Assembly (NCBI GenBank): GCA_039794845.1 | Contig: JAUQVK010000074.1 | Coordinates: 1-19,387, forward strand | Length of the DNA: 19,387 nt | Source: Thermostichus sp. DRC_bins_24 | GTDB taxonomy: Bacteria > Cyanobacteriota > Cyanobacteriia > Thermostichales > Thermostichaceae | Reading direction: 5' to 3' | Shown here: positions 1 to 9,580 of the stretch, piece by piece | How positions within the stretch are numbered: the stretch's first letter is position 1 | How the letters are laid out: every line of letters begins with the position of its first letter | Translations under genes and position numbers: made by a program | The notes under the pieces: model-generated | Databases searched by the model: none | Seen by the model: only the letters and a program-made list of their open reading frames with translations | What the model was told of the DNA's origin: nothing

Positions 1-296
1 CCTTTCCTGGAAGGAGGCGTTGGTTTGGGCTTGTTGTTCTAGGGCGCGGTTCAGGCGTTCTTCCTGTTGCCGCATGGATTCTCGGAAAGCCTCGTTCACC
101 CCTTCCTGATGTTGGATGAACTGTTGCAAAGAGACGTTGGTTTGGGCTTGCTGTTCTAGGGTGCGATCCAACCTTTCCTGGAAGGAGGCGTTGGTTTGGG
201 CTTGCTGTTCCAGGGCGCGATTCAGGTGTTCTTCCTGTTGCCGCATGGATTCTCGAAAAGCCTCGTTTACTCCTTCCTGGTTTTGAACAAACTCTC
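1..296. repeat. Imperfect coding tandem repeat, 171-nt (57-aa) period with a nested sub-repeat
   Basis: cctttcctggaaggaggcgttggtttgggcttg begins at both 1 and 172. The sub-motif ttggtttgggcttg recurs at about 20, 137 and 191 (spacings 117 and 54, both multiples of 3). Confidence 0.9.
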
Positions 297-474
297 GGAA
301 GATCTGGTTCGCCTGAGTTTCTGCTTCGATGCGGCGATCCAACCGCTGCAGGGTTTCTTCCTGTCCGGCTAGGCGGGCATCATGGCGCTGCATCGACTCG
401 GTCAGGGAGCGATTGATTTCGGCCTGGCTGCGCATAAACTGCGCCAATATCGACCTCAGTTCTTCATCGGACAT
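1..474 (-). CDS. Gln/Glu-rich coiled-coil repeat protein, 3'-truncated by the window edge
   Basis: Not in the ORF track because it has no stop in the window. Manual translation from ATG 474 is open for 158 codons: MSDEELRSILAQFMRSQAEINRSLTESMQRHDARL...NRALEQQAQTNASFQER. It starts 38 nt downstream of moaA on the same strand and has in-frame internal repeats. Confidence 0.85.
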   Translation of the reverse strand, partial: MSDEELRSILAQFMRSQAEINRSLTESMQRHDARLAGQEETLQRLDRRIEAETQANQIFREFVQNQEGVNEAFRESMRQQEEHLNRALEQQAQTNASFQERLDRTLEQQAQTNVSLQQFIQHQEGVNEAFRESMRQQEERLNRALEQQAQTNASFQER

Positions 475-512
475 GGAGCCTGGCTCAAGCTGCTCTGCTT
501 ACTCTAACTTGG

Positions 513-1490
513 CTAACCGCCGATCTGAGACATGGTGCGGTGGTAGGATCCCTGGCTGCCTTTATCACGCCCTTTGAAGTTGATTTCCGGCTTGATCTCC
601 AGCAGCGCTTGCACCTGATGCCGCAGTTGCTCGGCAGGGATCCCGGCTCGTAGCGGATCCCGTAGGTTAATTTGGCCCGATTCATTCAGGAGGCAAGGGC
701 GTAGCCAACCATCGCTGGACAGGCGCATGCGGTTGCACCGATCACAAAAGCACTCCGACATCTGACTAATGAAGCCCAGGGTGCCTTTTGCCCCCGGGAT
801 CCGAAACACATCCGCCGGCCCATTGCCTGCCACAAACCCTTCTTCCAGGCCAAAACGGGCGCGAATTCGTTGTCGTAAGGTTTCAGAATCCACCCAACCG
901 ATGTGGGTAAAGAGGGTTTCGTTGCCGATGGGCATAAACTCGATAAAGCGTACATGCCACTGCCGATCCAGGGTGAGGGCGGCCAGATCTTCCACTTCCG
1001 ATTCGTTAACCCCAGGGATGACCACCACATTCAATTTGAGGGGATCGAACCCCACTTGGTGAGCCGCCTGGATCCCTGCCCAAACCTGTGGCCAGCGATC
1101 CCGTCCGGTCAGTTGCCGAAAGGTTTCGCGGTCGAGGGAGTCAAGGCTGATGTTGATGCGTCGCAAGCCGGCTGCGTAGAGCAGTTGGGCCTTCTCGGCC
1201 AGGTTAAAGCCGTTGGTGGTGAGGGCGACATCTTTTACCCCAGGTAGGCTGCACAGGGCTTGGATCAAATGCTCTAGCCCCGGTCGCAGTAGGGGTTCCC
1301 CACCCGTGAGGCGAAAGCAATTGATCCCCAGCGGCAAAAACACCTCTCGAATCAGGGTGAGGATTTCCGCATCGGTTAAACGCTCCGGAGTTTGCAGCCA
1401 AGCCAACTCCGCTTCGCTGGGCATGCAGTATTGGCAGCGGAAATTGCAACGGTCGATCAAACTGATGCGCAAATAGTTGACGGTGGGCAT
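513..1490 (-). CDS. moaA: GTP 3',8-cyclase MoaA (molybdenum cofactor biosynthesis, radical SAM)
   Basis: [19 protein letters not shown] (CxxxCxxC), [11 protein letters not shown]-terminal [10 protein letters not shown]...PCL cluster and the MSQIGG end. ATG 1490 preferred over the track start at 1550 because the family signature begins right after it. Confidence 0.97.
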   Translation of the reverse strand: MPTVNYLRISLIDRCNFRCQYCMPSEAELAWLQTPERLTDAEILTLIREVFLPLGINCFRLTGGEPLLRPGLEHLIQALCSLPGVKDVALTTNGFNLAEKAQLLYAAGLRRINISLDSLDRETFRQLTGRDRWPQVWAGIQAAHQVGFDPLKLNVVVIPGVNESEVEDLAALTLDRQWHVRFIEFMPIGNETLFTHIGWVDSETLRQRIRARFGLEEGFVAGNGPADVFRIPGAKGTLGFISQMSECFCDRCNRMRLSSDGWLRPCLLNESGQINLRDPLRAGIPAEQLRHQVQALLEIKPEINFKGRDKGSQGSYHRTMSQIGG

Positions 1491-1655
1491 GGCAAGCTTG
1501 GCCAAAGAAGAGGACTTCAGAAAGAACACAAGGGATCTGGGCTGCTCCATGCCTTCGGCTGTTCCATTCTTAGGGAATGGGATCCCAGCTGGGGTGAGGC
1601 TCCGATTAAGATCATTTTAAGATCATTGGTAGGTTTAACTTTTGGGGTCGTTGGG

Positions 1656-2576
1656 ATGGAGCACGCTGCCGCCAGCCTATACTTGGTGGCCACCCCGATC
1701 GGCAACCGCGAAGACATCACCCTCCGGGCACTGCGGGTTTTGCAGGAAGTGAACTGGGTGGCGGCTGAAGATACCCGCCATTCTGGCCAGTTGCTCAAGC
1801 ATTTTCAGATCTCCACCCGCCTAATCAGCTACCACGAGCACAATGTTGCCCAGCGGATCCCGGAGTTGTTGGAGTACCTGTCGGTGGGGCAGTCGGGGGC
1901 TTTGATCAGCGATGCCGGTACACCGGCCATTTCCGACCCGGGAGAAGAATTGGTACGGGCCTGTATTCAAGCTGGGATCCCGGTGGTGCCAATCCCGGGG
2001 CCGGTGGCTGCCATAACGGCTTTGATCGCCTCTGGGTTATCGACGCGGCAGTTTGTGTTTGAGGGGTTTTTGCCCGGCAAACCCGGCCAACGACAAGCCC
2101 GCCTCAGACAATTGGCCCAAGAGCCGCGCACTTTGATCCTGTACGAAGCGCCGCACCGCCTTGGCCAAACCCTTGAGGAGCTGATCGCCTACTGTGGCCC
2201 GGAGCGTCGGGTGGTACTGGCCCGCGAGCTAACCAAACTGCACGAGCAATTTTGGCGTGGATCCCTGGCAGCAGCCCTAGAGCACCTCAAAACCCAGCCC
2301 CCCCGGGGGGAGTTCACCCTCTTGATCGAGGGGTATACCCACTCAGACCCTGGCTTGAGACAACCCCTCTCCGAAGCTGAAATTCGCCAGGAACTGGCTC
2401 AGTTGTTGGCAGAGGGTTTGTCTCGTTCTGCAGCCAGCCGTCAATTGGCCCAGAGTTTGCAGGGATCCCTCGGTTGGACAAGGCGCCGCCTTTACGACCT
2501 GTCTTTGCAAATCGAGGGTTCCGATGTTGAACCGATCCCCCCAGAAAGTAATGATGCGGATTTTGCTGGTGGATGA
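1656..2576 (+). CDS. rsmI: 16S rRNA (cytidine1402-2'-O)-methyltransferase RsmI
   Basis: LYLVATPIGNREDIT, AAEDTRHS, LISDAGTPAISDPG, YEAPHRL, RELTKLHE. ATG 1656 chosen because the track start (1392) overlaps moaA. Confidence 0.96.
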   Translation: MEHAAASLYLVATPIGNREDITLRALRVLQEVNWVAAEDTRHSGQLLKHFQISTRLISYHEHNVAQRIPELLEYLSVGQSGALISDAGTPAISDPGEELVRACIQAGIPVVPIPGPVAAITALIASGLSTRQFVFEGFLPGKPGQRQARLRQLAQEPRTLILYEAPHRLGQTLEELIAYCGPERRVVLARELTKLHEQFWRGSLAAALEHLKTQPPRGEFTLLIEGYTHSDPGLRQPLSEAEIRQELAQLLAEGLSRSAASRQLAQSLQGSLGWTRRRLYDLSLQIEGSDVEPIPPESNDADFAGG

Positions 2577-3282
2577 CGAGGTGGAGCTGGCGGATTCGTT
2601 GGCCCAGCAGTTGACCCGCGAGGGCTATGCGGTGGATGTGGCCTATGAGGGCGGGCGGGCTTGGGAGCTGCTCCAGAAAACGGGCTCCCTTGGGGACACC
2701 CAGACCTCCTCCTCCGTTCTTCCCTACGATCTGCTGGTGTTGGATTGGATGTTGCCAGGACTGTCGGGGCTGTCTCTCTGCCAACGGGTGCGGCAGGTGG
2801 ATCGAGCCACCCCGATTCTGTTTCTGACGGCCAAAGATACCCTGGATGACCGGGTTGAAGGGTTGGATGCGGGGGCGGACGATTATCTGGTGAAACCCTT
2901 TGAGTTGCGGGAGCTGTTGGCGCGGGTGCGGGCTTTGTTGCGGCGGGCCTCAGGCTCAGGAGACGGGATCCCACGCTTGCGCCTGGGGGATTTGGAGTTG
3001 GATCGGGAGAACCAGGCCGCCTATCGACAAGGGCGGATGATCAACCTGTCGCAAAAAGAGTTTCGCCTGCTGGAGTATTTCATGACCCATCCGGGACAGT
3101 TGCTCACCCATGACCAGATTTATGAGCGGGTGTGGGCGGGAGAGGATCCCCCCAGCAGCAACGTTTTGGCCGCCCAAGTGCGTTTGTTGCGGCGTCGCCT
3201 GCGCCTACCCGGATCCCCAGAATTGATTCATGCCGTGTATGGCAAGGGATATCGCTTTGGGCTGATGGGAGAAGGGCAGTGA
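2551..3282 (+). CDS. manR: OmpR/PhoB-family response regulator, closest in my recollection to cyanobacterial ManR (Mn sensing)
   Basis: Receiver domain RILLVDDE...LDWMLPG...FLTAKD...DDYLVKPF and winged helix ending PPSSNVLAAQVRLLRR...VYGKGYRF. The family is certain; ManR orthology rests on recalled similarity. Start at ATG 2551 or 2554, overlapping the rsmI 3' end. Confidence 0.8.
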   Translation: MMRILLVDDEVELADSLAQQLTREGYAVDVAYEGGRAWELLQKTGSLGDTQTSSSVLPYDLLVLDWMLPGLSGLSLCQRVRQVDRATPILFLTAKDTLDDRVEGLDAGADDYLVKPFELRELLARVRALLRRASGSGDGIPRLRLGDLELDRENQAAYRQGRMINLSQKEFRLLEYFMTHPGQLLTHDQIYERVWAGEDPPSSNVLAAQVRLLRRRLRLPGSPELIHAVYGKGYRFGLMGEGQ

Positions 3283-3358
3283 AGTCTTAGGCGAACATCC
3301 GCCATTGAGAAGGGGGATTCCCAAATCGGGATCGATTTGGAGCTCCAGGGGACTGACG

Positions 3359-4819
3359 CTAACGTCCGCCGACGGTGATCGAGTCCACCTTGATGTGGGG
3401 CTGGCCGACGGTGACGTAAATGCTGCCACTGACAGAGCCGCAGAACCCGGCGGCCAAACTGAGGTCTTTGGAGCACATGGAAATTTTGGTCATGATGTCT
3501 TTGGCCTCTCCGATCAGGGTGGCCCCCTTCAGGGGCTTGGTGATTTTGCCGTTTTCGATGAGGTAGGCTTCTTCTACCCCGAAGTTGAATTGTCCGGTCG
3601 GCCCCACGCTGCCGCCCCCCATACGTTTGCAGTAAATGCCTTTGTCGATCGAGGCAAACAGATCCTCTAGCTCCGCATCTCCGGGAGCAATGTAGGTGTT
3701 GCGCATACGACTGGCGGCTGCGAAGGTGTAGTTTTGGCGACGACCACTGCCGGTGCGCGGATGGCCGGTGCGCATGGATCCAGCCCGATCCGACAGGAAG
3801 TTTTTCAAGATACCCTTCTCAATCAGCAGGGTGCGCTGAACCGGCATGCCTTCGTCGTCCACATCCAAACTGCCAAAGGCGCTTCCAGACATGCCCTCAT
3901 CCCAAGCGGTGAGGTTTTTGTGGGCGATTTTCTGGCCTTTTTTGTCGGCAAAGGGGGTGGTTTTGCGCTCAATTTGGGTGGTTTCTAGCAAATGACCGCA
4001 GGCTTCGTGGAAGATCACCCCGCCAAAGGCATTGGCCATCACGATTGGGTAGGTGCCGGATTCCACATAGTCGGCATAGAGCATTTGTCCGGCGGCTTCC
4101 GCCAGTTCTTCGCTATCGGCTTGAAAATCCCAGAGGCGCAAAAAGGCAGGATCCCCAGTGCTCCCGGAACGCTTGCTGATGGAAGCACGATGGGATCCAT
4201 CGGCACACAACAGTGTAGAACCCACCGATTGTGTCAGGCGCACATCCCGCACAAAGGTGCCATCGCTACAGGCCACCATCATCTCTTGCCAATCCCGGAA
4301 GTAGGTGGAGCGGCGAGACTGCACGTGTTGGGCCTGTCGGTGCAGTTGGTCGTTGGCCCCCAGCAAAATCTCTCCCATTTCTGCAATGGAGCTACAGTCG
4401 CTCAGCCAGGCGTCTTTTTGGCGACGCTCGGCGTAGTCCTGCAACATCTGCAAGTTGACGGCAGAGACCAGCGCTGTGGGGCTGGGGGGAGTGAGGCCCA
4501 TCAGCAATAGGCCTTTTTCCAGAGCAGCCTTTAACCCTGCAAACGAAAGGTCGTTGGTGCTGACGTAACAATCCGCCTGGCCCCGAAACACACGCACCCC
4601 TGCCCCCGTTGACAACCGTGGGGTAATGCTGGTGATGGCATCGTCTTCGGCTAGGCAGCTAATGTAGTTGCCCCGTTCCAGAAAAATTTCCACCAAATCG
4701 GCTCCGGCAGCTCGCCCCCAACCCAACAGGGTAGAGAGGGGATCCCGCCAATCTTGGTCAAAACGTTGCGGGGTAGGGTGGTAATTCAGGGTGGGCAGCT
4801 CTTTGGACAGTAACAGCAT
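3359..4819 (-). CDS. tldD: TldD-family metalloprotease
   Basis: HEACGH metal-binding motif, [16 protein letters not shown] and the [14 protein letters not shown] terminus. Start may be 4819 or 4852. Confidence 0.93.
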   Translation of the reverse strand: MLLLSKELPTLNYHPTPQRFDQDWRDPLSTLLGWGRAAGADLVEIFLERGNYISCLAEDDAITSITPRLSTGAGVRVFRGQADCYVSTNDLSFAGLKAALEKGLLLMGLTPPSPTALVSAVNLQMLQDYAERRQKDAWLSDCSSIAEMGEILLGANDQLHRQAQHVQSRRSTYFRDWQEMMVACSDGTFVRDVRLTQSVGSTLLCADGSHRASISKRSGSTGDPAFLRLWDFQADSEELAEAAGQMLYADYVESGTYPIVMANAFGGVIFHEACGHLLETTQIERKTTPFADKKGQKIAHKNLTAWDEGMSGSAFGSLDVDDEGMPVQRTLLIEKGILKNFLSDRAGSMRTGHPRTGSGRRQNYTFAAASRMRNTYIAPGDAELEDLFASIDKGIYCKRMGGGSVGPTGQFNFGVEEAYLIENGKITKPLKGATLIGEAKDIMTKISMCSKDLSLAAGFCGSVSGSIYVTVGQPHIKVDSITVGGR

Positions 4820-5014
4820 GGCGGGCCTGCAGGAGGAAGAAAGCAAGGGCACCCTGCCAGAAAGAGGTGGTTGCCCCGGTCAGCCAAGGGGATCCCTTGT
4901 TTCATCAGTTTAACAAGATGTAAAGGCTCAACACTGGCCGAGGGTTTGGCCCTGTAACTTGACAAGCGTGGGGGGGCAACCGAAGATTGCTGCACAAGGG
5001 AACCGCAACTTGCA

Positions 5015-5761
5015 ATGGCTGCCAAAAAAACACCGTCGGAGATTCAGCCCAGCTTATTCGGAGACGAGCCCGAACTGCTTGCTCCTGTTGAGGAGACGGT
5101 TCCCCCATTGGAGCAGATCCCGTTGTCGGGTCAGGTGCCGATCCCGCCCGGTACCTATGCCAATCTGGAGCAACTGAAGCAGCACTGTTTGGTCTGTCAG
5201 CGCTGTGAGCTGGCTGCCGGTCGTACCCATGTGGTGGTGGAGCGGGGTAACCCCAAGGCGAAGATCCTGATCATCGGGGAAGGGCCGGGGGAAAACGAAG
5301 ACCTACAAGGGCTACCGTTTGTGGGCAAGTCTGGACAATTGCTGGATAAAATCCTTGCTTCTGTGGGGTTGGATCCCGAGCGCGACACGTATATTTGCAA
5401 CGCGGTGAAATGTCGCCCCCCCAACAATCGTGTGCCCACCGCAGAGGAAATGGAGGCTTGTCGGCCCTACTTGTTGGAGCAGATTCGCTTGGTGGATCCG
5501 GCGATCATTTTGCTGACGGGGGCAACCTCGGTTCGTTCCATTTTGGGAGACAAACGCGGCATTACCAAAATTCGAGGGGAATGGATCCAGTGGCAGGGGC
5601 GCTGGTGTATGCCCATTTTTCATCCGGCTTACTTGTTGCGCAATCAGGCCCGTACTCCCGGTAGCCCCAAGTGGCTAATGTGGCAAGATATTCAGGCCGT
5701 GAAGCAAAAGTATGTGGAACTGACCGGCGCAACGGGCTCGGAAGAGGAACTGGATTTTTAA
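5015..5761 (+). CDS. Uracil-DNA glycosylase, family 4 (4Fe-4S)
   Basis: CLVCQRC, IGEGPG motif A, PFVGKSG, KCRPPNNR, FHPAYLLRN motif B. Confidence 0.95.
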   Translation: MAAKKTPSEIQPSLFGDEPELLAPVEETVPPLEQIPLSGQVPIPPGTYANLEQLKQHCLVCQRCELAAGRTHVVVERGNPKAKILIIGEGPGENEDLQGLPFVGKSGQLLDKILASVGLDPERDTYICNAVKCRPPNNRVPTAEEMEACRPYLLEQIRLVDPAIILLTGATSVRSILGDKRGITKIRGEWIQWQGRWCMPIFHPAYLLRNQARTPGSPKWLMWQDIQAVKQKYVELTGATGSEEELDF

Positions 5762-5878
5762 GGGCCAATCCTTTGGGATGAGGGGATCCCCAGCCCCAGG
5801 GATCCGATTGGCCTGTTCAAGTGCTGCCAAATTGCCTCAGCGTCTGTTCGATCATGTTCAATCTGTCATTGAGACAGG

Positions 5879-6727
5879 CTACGGCTGGGGTTTGAAGCCA
5901 CTCAGTAGACCAAAGCGCACCAAACCACCGGCATAACCCCGGCGCATCAACCCTAACCCAAGCGCACCCCGGATCGTTCCCCAGCCACTGCGCAGCAAAG
6001 CCGGGATCCAACGCCAATCAAGGGCAGAGGCGATCACCTCATCCCAAAAAGGGGCCACCTGTTCTGACCAATCGGCCTGGCGAATTTGCGCAAACCCCAC
6101 CTGTTGAGCCAAGTGAACGTACTCTGACAGGCTGATCACATAGGGCAGGCAGTAGACGTCGTAGATCTTTTGCAGCAGCTGCTGATCCTGCCGGCTTAGG
6201 GATCCTTCGCGGTGGCACCAGGTAACCAATACCAGCTGTCCGCCCGGTCGCAGAACCCGCCAACACTCCGCCAAAAACTGTTGTTTATCGGGCATGTGTT
6301 CGCCGCTTTCCAAAGACCACACCAGGTCGAAGGTGCCCGACTCAAACGGCATCTGTAGGGCATCCGCCACCTGAAACTGTACCTGCTGTCTCAATCCGGC
6401 GGCCTCGGCCCGTTCTTGGGCCCGTTTCGCCTGTACCGGACTCAAGGTAATGCCCATCACTTTGGCCCCGAAGCGTTGGGCCAGCTCCAAGCTACTCCCC
6501 CCAATGCCACAGCCCAGATCGAGAATGTGTTGGGGCGAGAAGGGATCCCCAAGCTTGCCCCACTGAATTACTTGCTCGATCAGGTCAATCTGGGCTTGTC
6601 GGCGCCCCTTGCCGGTCCGTCCCCCTTCGTAATAGCCATGGTGCATGTGTTCCCCCCACACCTGCTCCCACAGGCCGGAGGAGGCATCGTAAAACTTGCG
6701 AATGCGTTGGTTGAGGGTGGAGGTCAT
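5879..6727 (-). CDS. SAM-dependent methyltransferase, gamma-tocopherol methyltransferase (VTE4-like)
   Basis: FYDASSGLWEQVWGEHMHHGYY, ILDLGCGIGGS, DLVWSLESGEHMPDK, TWCHR. Start at 6727 or 6745. Confidence 0.9.
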   Translation of the reverse strand: MTSTLNQRIRKFYDASSGLWEQVWGEHMHHGYYEGGRTGKGRRQAQIDLIEQVIQWGKLGDPFSPQHILDLGCGIGGSSLELAQRFGAKVMGITLSPVQAKRAQERAEAAGLRQQVQFQVADALQMPFESGTFDLVWSLESGEHMPDKQQFLAECWRVLRPGGQLVLVTWCHREGSLSRQDQQLLQKIYDVYCLPYVISLSEYVHLAQQVGFAQIRQADWSEQVAPFWDEVIASALDWRWIPALLRSGWGTIRGALGLGLMRRGYAGGLVRFGLLSGFKPQP

Positions 6728-6853
6728 GGGTGGGCTCCTGGGCATCCGTACCGATTCTGAACGATTCTGCCATTTGGAGGTCTCCCGATACTCCGACTAA
6801 GGTGAGAAAGCAGACGCATCGAACCAGACTTGAACCCTCAATAACAGGATCCC

Positions 6854-8461
6854 TTGGCCACCTTGGAATTTGACTTGGAACAACTGCTGTTTACCCCGGC
6901 CACCCCGGATGCCGAGGCGGTACGGGTGGTCTATGCCTTTCCCAATACCTACTCCGTGGGCATTACCAGCCTGGGTTATCAGGTGATCTGGAGCCTGTTG
7001 GCCGGCCGTGCCGATGTGGCGGTATCGCGCTTGTTTACCGATCTGTCGGAGCCTTTGCCCCAGCAGCCGGAGCTTTTTGGCTTTTCGGTATCGTGGGAGC
7101 TGGATTACGTCAATATCCTGGCTCTGCTGGAGCAGCACGGGATCCCGATGGAGGCTCATGCCCGTGGCGAATCGGATCCCCTCATTTTTGGCGGCGGCCC
7201 TGTGTTGACGGCCAATCCTGAGCCTTTTGCCGAGTTTTTCGACCTGATTTTGTTGGGAGATGGGGAAGGCTTGCTGGAGGCACTGATTCAAGCCTATCAA
7301 CAGGTGCGCCAGGGATCCCGTGCCCAAAAATTGCAGGCTCTGGCGCAAGTGCCGGGGATCTACGTGCCCAGCCTCTACGAACCCTGCTACCGCGATCCGA
7401 CAGGCCCAGTCGAGAAGGTTATCCCCCGGGTATCGGGGATCCCGGACAGGATTCGCAAACACACCTTTCGCGGCAATACCCTTTCGGTCTCGACGGTGGT
7501 CACCCCCAAAGCCGCCTGGGAAAGCATCTACATGGTGGAGGTGGTGCGCAGTTGCCCGGAAATGTGCCGTTTTTGCCTGGCCAGCTACCTGACCTTGCCC
7601 TTTCGCGTTGCGGATGTGGAGGGGCATTTGATCCCGGCGGTGGAACGGGGGCTGCAGGTGACCCAGCGGATTGGGTTGCTGGGGGCTTCGGTCACCCAAC
7701 ACCCGCAGTTTGAGCAGCTGCTGGACTACCTGGCCCAGGATCGCTTTGAGCAAGTGCGCCTGAGTCTGGCCTCGGTACGGACGGGCACCGTTACCCCTCG
7801 CTTGGCACAAGTCTTGGCCAGTCGGGGCAGTAAATCCATCACGGTGGCCATCGAAAGTGGCTCGGAGCGGCTGCGGCAAATCGTCAACAAAAAGTTGACC
7901 AACTCTGAAATTTTGGCAGCAGCAGCCCATGCCCAATCCGGCGGATTAAGTGGCATTAAGTTCTACGGCATGACCGGGATCCCAGCGGAAACCCAGGCGG
8001 ACTTGGAAGCAACAGTGGCCCTCTTCAAGGAGCTGAAACAGGTAGCCCCTAAGTTGCGCTTTACCTTTGGCTGTAGCACCTTTGTGCCCAAAGCCCACAC
8101 GCCTTTTCAGTGGTACGGGGTGGATCCCAAAGCAGAAAAGAAACTGCAGTTTTTCCAGAAACAATTGCGCCCCTTGGGGATCGACTTTCGTCCAGAAAGC
8201 TACAGTTGGTCGGTGATTCAAGCCCTCATCTCACGGGGGGATCGCCGAGTGGGGAAAGTATTGACCTTAGCACGGGATTTTGGCGAATCTTTGGGGAGTT
8301 ACAAACGCGCCTTTAAGGAGCTCAAGGGGCAACTGCCCCCTCTGGAGTACTACGTTCACAGCCATTGGCTCCCGGGGGATCCCTTGCCCTGGAACCACCT
8401 AGAAGGCCCCCTCACCCCAGAGCGACTGCTGCAACATCGGCAAGAGGCCCTTCCCGTTTAG
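6854..8461 (+). CDS. Radical SAM protein with N-terminal B12-binding-like domain, function unknown
   Basis: FPNTYSVGITSLGYQ N-terminus, GGPVLTANPEP, EVVRSCPEMCRFC (CxxxCxxC), FVPKAHTPFQW. TTG start. Confidence 0.9.
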   Translation: MATLEFDLEQLLFTPATPDAEAVRVVYAFPNTYSVGITSLGYQVIWSLLAGRADVAVSRLFTDLSEPLPQQPELFGFSVSWELDYVNILALLEQHGIPMEAHARGESDPLIFGGGPVLTANPEPFAEFFDLILLGDGEGLLEALIQAYQQVRQGSRAQKLQALAQVPGIYVPSLYEPCYRDPTGPVEKVIPRVSGIPDRIRKHTFRGNTLSVSTVVTPKAAWESIYMVEVVRSCPEMCRFCLASYLTLPFRVADVEGHLIPAVERGLQVTQRIGLLGASVTQHPQFEQLLDYLAQDRFEQVRLSLASVRTGTVTPRLAQVLASRGSKSITVAIESGSERLRQIVNKKLTNSEILAAAAHAQSGGLSGIKFYGMTGIPAETQADLEATVALFKELKQVAPKLRFTFGCSTFVPKAHTPFQWYGVDPKAEKKLQFFQKQLRPLGIDFRPESYSWSVIQALISRGDRRVGKVLTLARDFGESLGSYKRAFKELKGQLPPLEYYVHSHWLPGDPLPWNHLEGPLTPERLLQHRQEALPV

Positions 8462-8480
8462 GCAGGCCTCTTATCCGATT

Positions 8481-8566
8481 CAGGCTACCGTCGCAGGAGC
8501 CCCGCACTGTAGCGCTCTCGCTACGCGAGGTGCGGAGCACTATGACGTCAGCGTCGGGTAGTTTAC
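8481..8566. repeat. Palindrome-rich intergenic element, possibly a REP/MITE-like remnant of an IS200/IS605 end; may terminate the convergent flanking genes
   Basis: Hairpins ctcgc-tac-gcgag (8517-8529) and gtgc-gga-gcac (8530-8540) sit inside an imperfect outer stem cccgcactg...cagcgtcggg (8501-8558), followed by tagtttac. Confidence 0.45.
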
Positions 8567-8568
8567 GC

Positions 8569-9045
8569 TTAATCCTCTCCCGACTTGGACTGAGGTTTGG
8601 CCCGCCGTACCAACCAATAGCTGACCGAGAGTGCCAACGTGGCGGCCCCCAACCCAATCAAATCCAGGCCCCCCAGCTTTTCAAAATCGAAAATAATGAT
8701 CTTTCGGGCCACGGCAATCAAGGAGGTGATGATTACCAGCTCCACCTGAACCACCTGCTTTTGCAGATAGGCGGTGATGTTCTCCAAAATCTCCAGCGCA
8801 ATCAAAATATTCAAAAAGAGCCCGAAAATCTCGATCAGGGTGGTGGAAAAAAATCCGGTTGGCTCCATGAGCAAATCCGTCACCAAAAACCGGGCCAGAT
8901 CCACCACTGCCACCAGGATCAAGCCGATCATCAACACTGAAAGCAACTTCGAGATCAGGCTTTCCAGGCGGGTGATGCCCCGCAAAAAGGGATCCTCCTC
9001 CGCCGTTTCGTGGGGATTGTGCAACAGCCACTTGAGAAACCGCAT
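8569..9045 (-). CDS. Phosphate-starvation-inducible PsiE-family membrane protein
   Basis: Four hydrophobic segments, with IFGLFLNILIALEILENITAYL and SLIAVARKIIIFD signatures. Confidence 0.88.
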   Translation of the reverse strand: MRFLKWLLHNPHETAEEDPFLRGITRLESLISKLLSVLMIGLILVAVVDLARFLVTDLLMEPTGFFSTTLIEIFGLFLNILIALEILENITAYLQKQVVQVELVIITSLIAVARKIIIFDFEKLGGLDLIGLGAATLALSVSYWLVRRAKPQSKSGED

Positions 9046-9091
9046 CGCCACCCCCCCGCTCGGCCCCTAGGCACAGGTCTTGATGCTGGTA

Positions 9092-9271
9092 TTATCCATC
9101 CCAACGGTTTGGGTCGGAAGAACGCTGGGAAGGGCGATGATTGCGACAACGATTCGAACAGTACTTTACCTCGGGCCAGCAGTCGGCCCATTTCTTGCGC
9201 CAGGTGAAGGGTCTTTGGCAGGTGACACAAATTTTGCTAGGCAAATCCGATTTCTTCCGTTGGCGCGCCAT
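9092..9271 (-). CDS. DUF2256 small Cys-rich protein
   Basis: KSDLPSKICVTCQRPFTWRKKWADCWPEVKYCSNRCR is the typical DUF2256 pattern. Confidence 0.9.
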   Translation of the reverse strand: MARQRKKSDLPSKICVTCQRPFTWRKKWADCWPEVKYCSNRCRNHRPSQRSSDPNRWDG

Positions 9272-9580
9272 GGTGTTCTGCAAAACAAAGGCCGACTCTG
9301 TAGTCAGCTTAACAATCCTGTCGGGAGGCTGACCGTTACCATCACGGCAGTGATCACGGCAGTGTTTGATCCGTGCCTTACCTTAGCAAAAGCTGAATTT
9401 TAAATCTTCTGGGAGGGAAATCGGGTAGGCTCTTGAAATCAAGTGAGGTTTCTGTACGTGAGATCTCTATGGATGAGTGCAGAGGTTCCCGATTGAGATT
9501 TGTATCATTGGGAATGGATATCTAGCTCGTCGTTTAAGGATAAGGAAGCTCTTTTGCCCGCTGTGGGGCTCTAAGTTGGT

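Noticed and set aside
1..296. Repeats considered as a CRISPR array
   Set aside because: Spacings are multiples of three, intervening sequence is also repeated, and the region is an open reading frame.
1392..1655. N-terminal extension of rsmI in the ORF track
   Set aside because: Overlaps moaA and its promoter; RsmI similarity starts only after ATG 1656.
6797..7936. 379-aa minus-strand ORF
   Set aside because: Antisense shadow of the radical SAM gene, with no recognisable motifs.
8365..8940. 191-aa plus-strand ORF spanning the palindromic element
   Set aside because: Overlaps two real genes, is low complexity, and shows no transposase or TnpB motifs.
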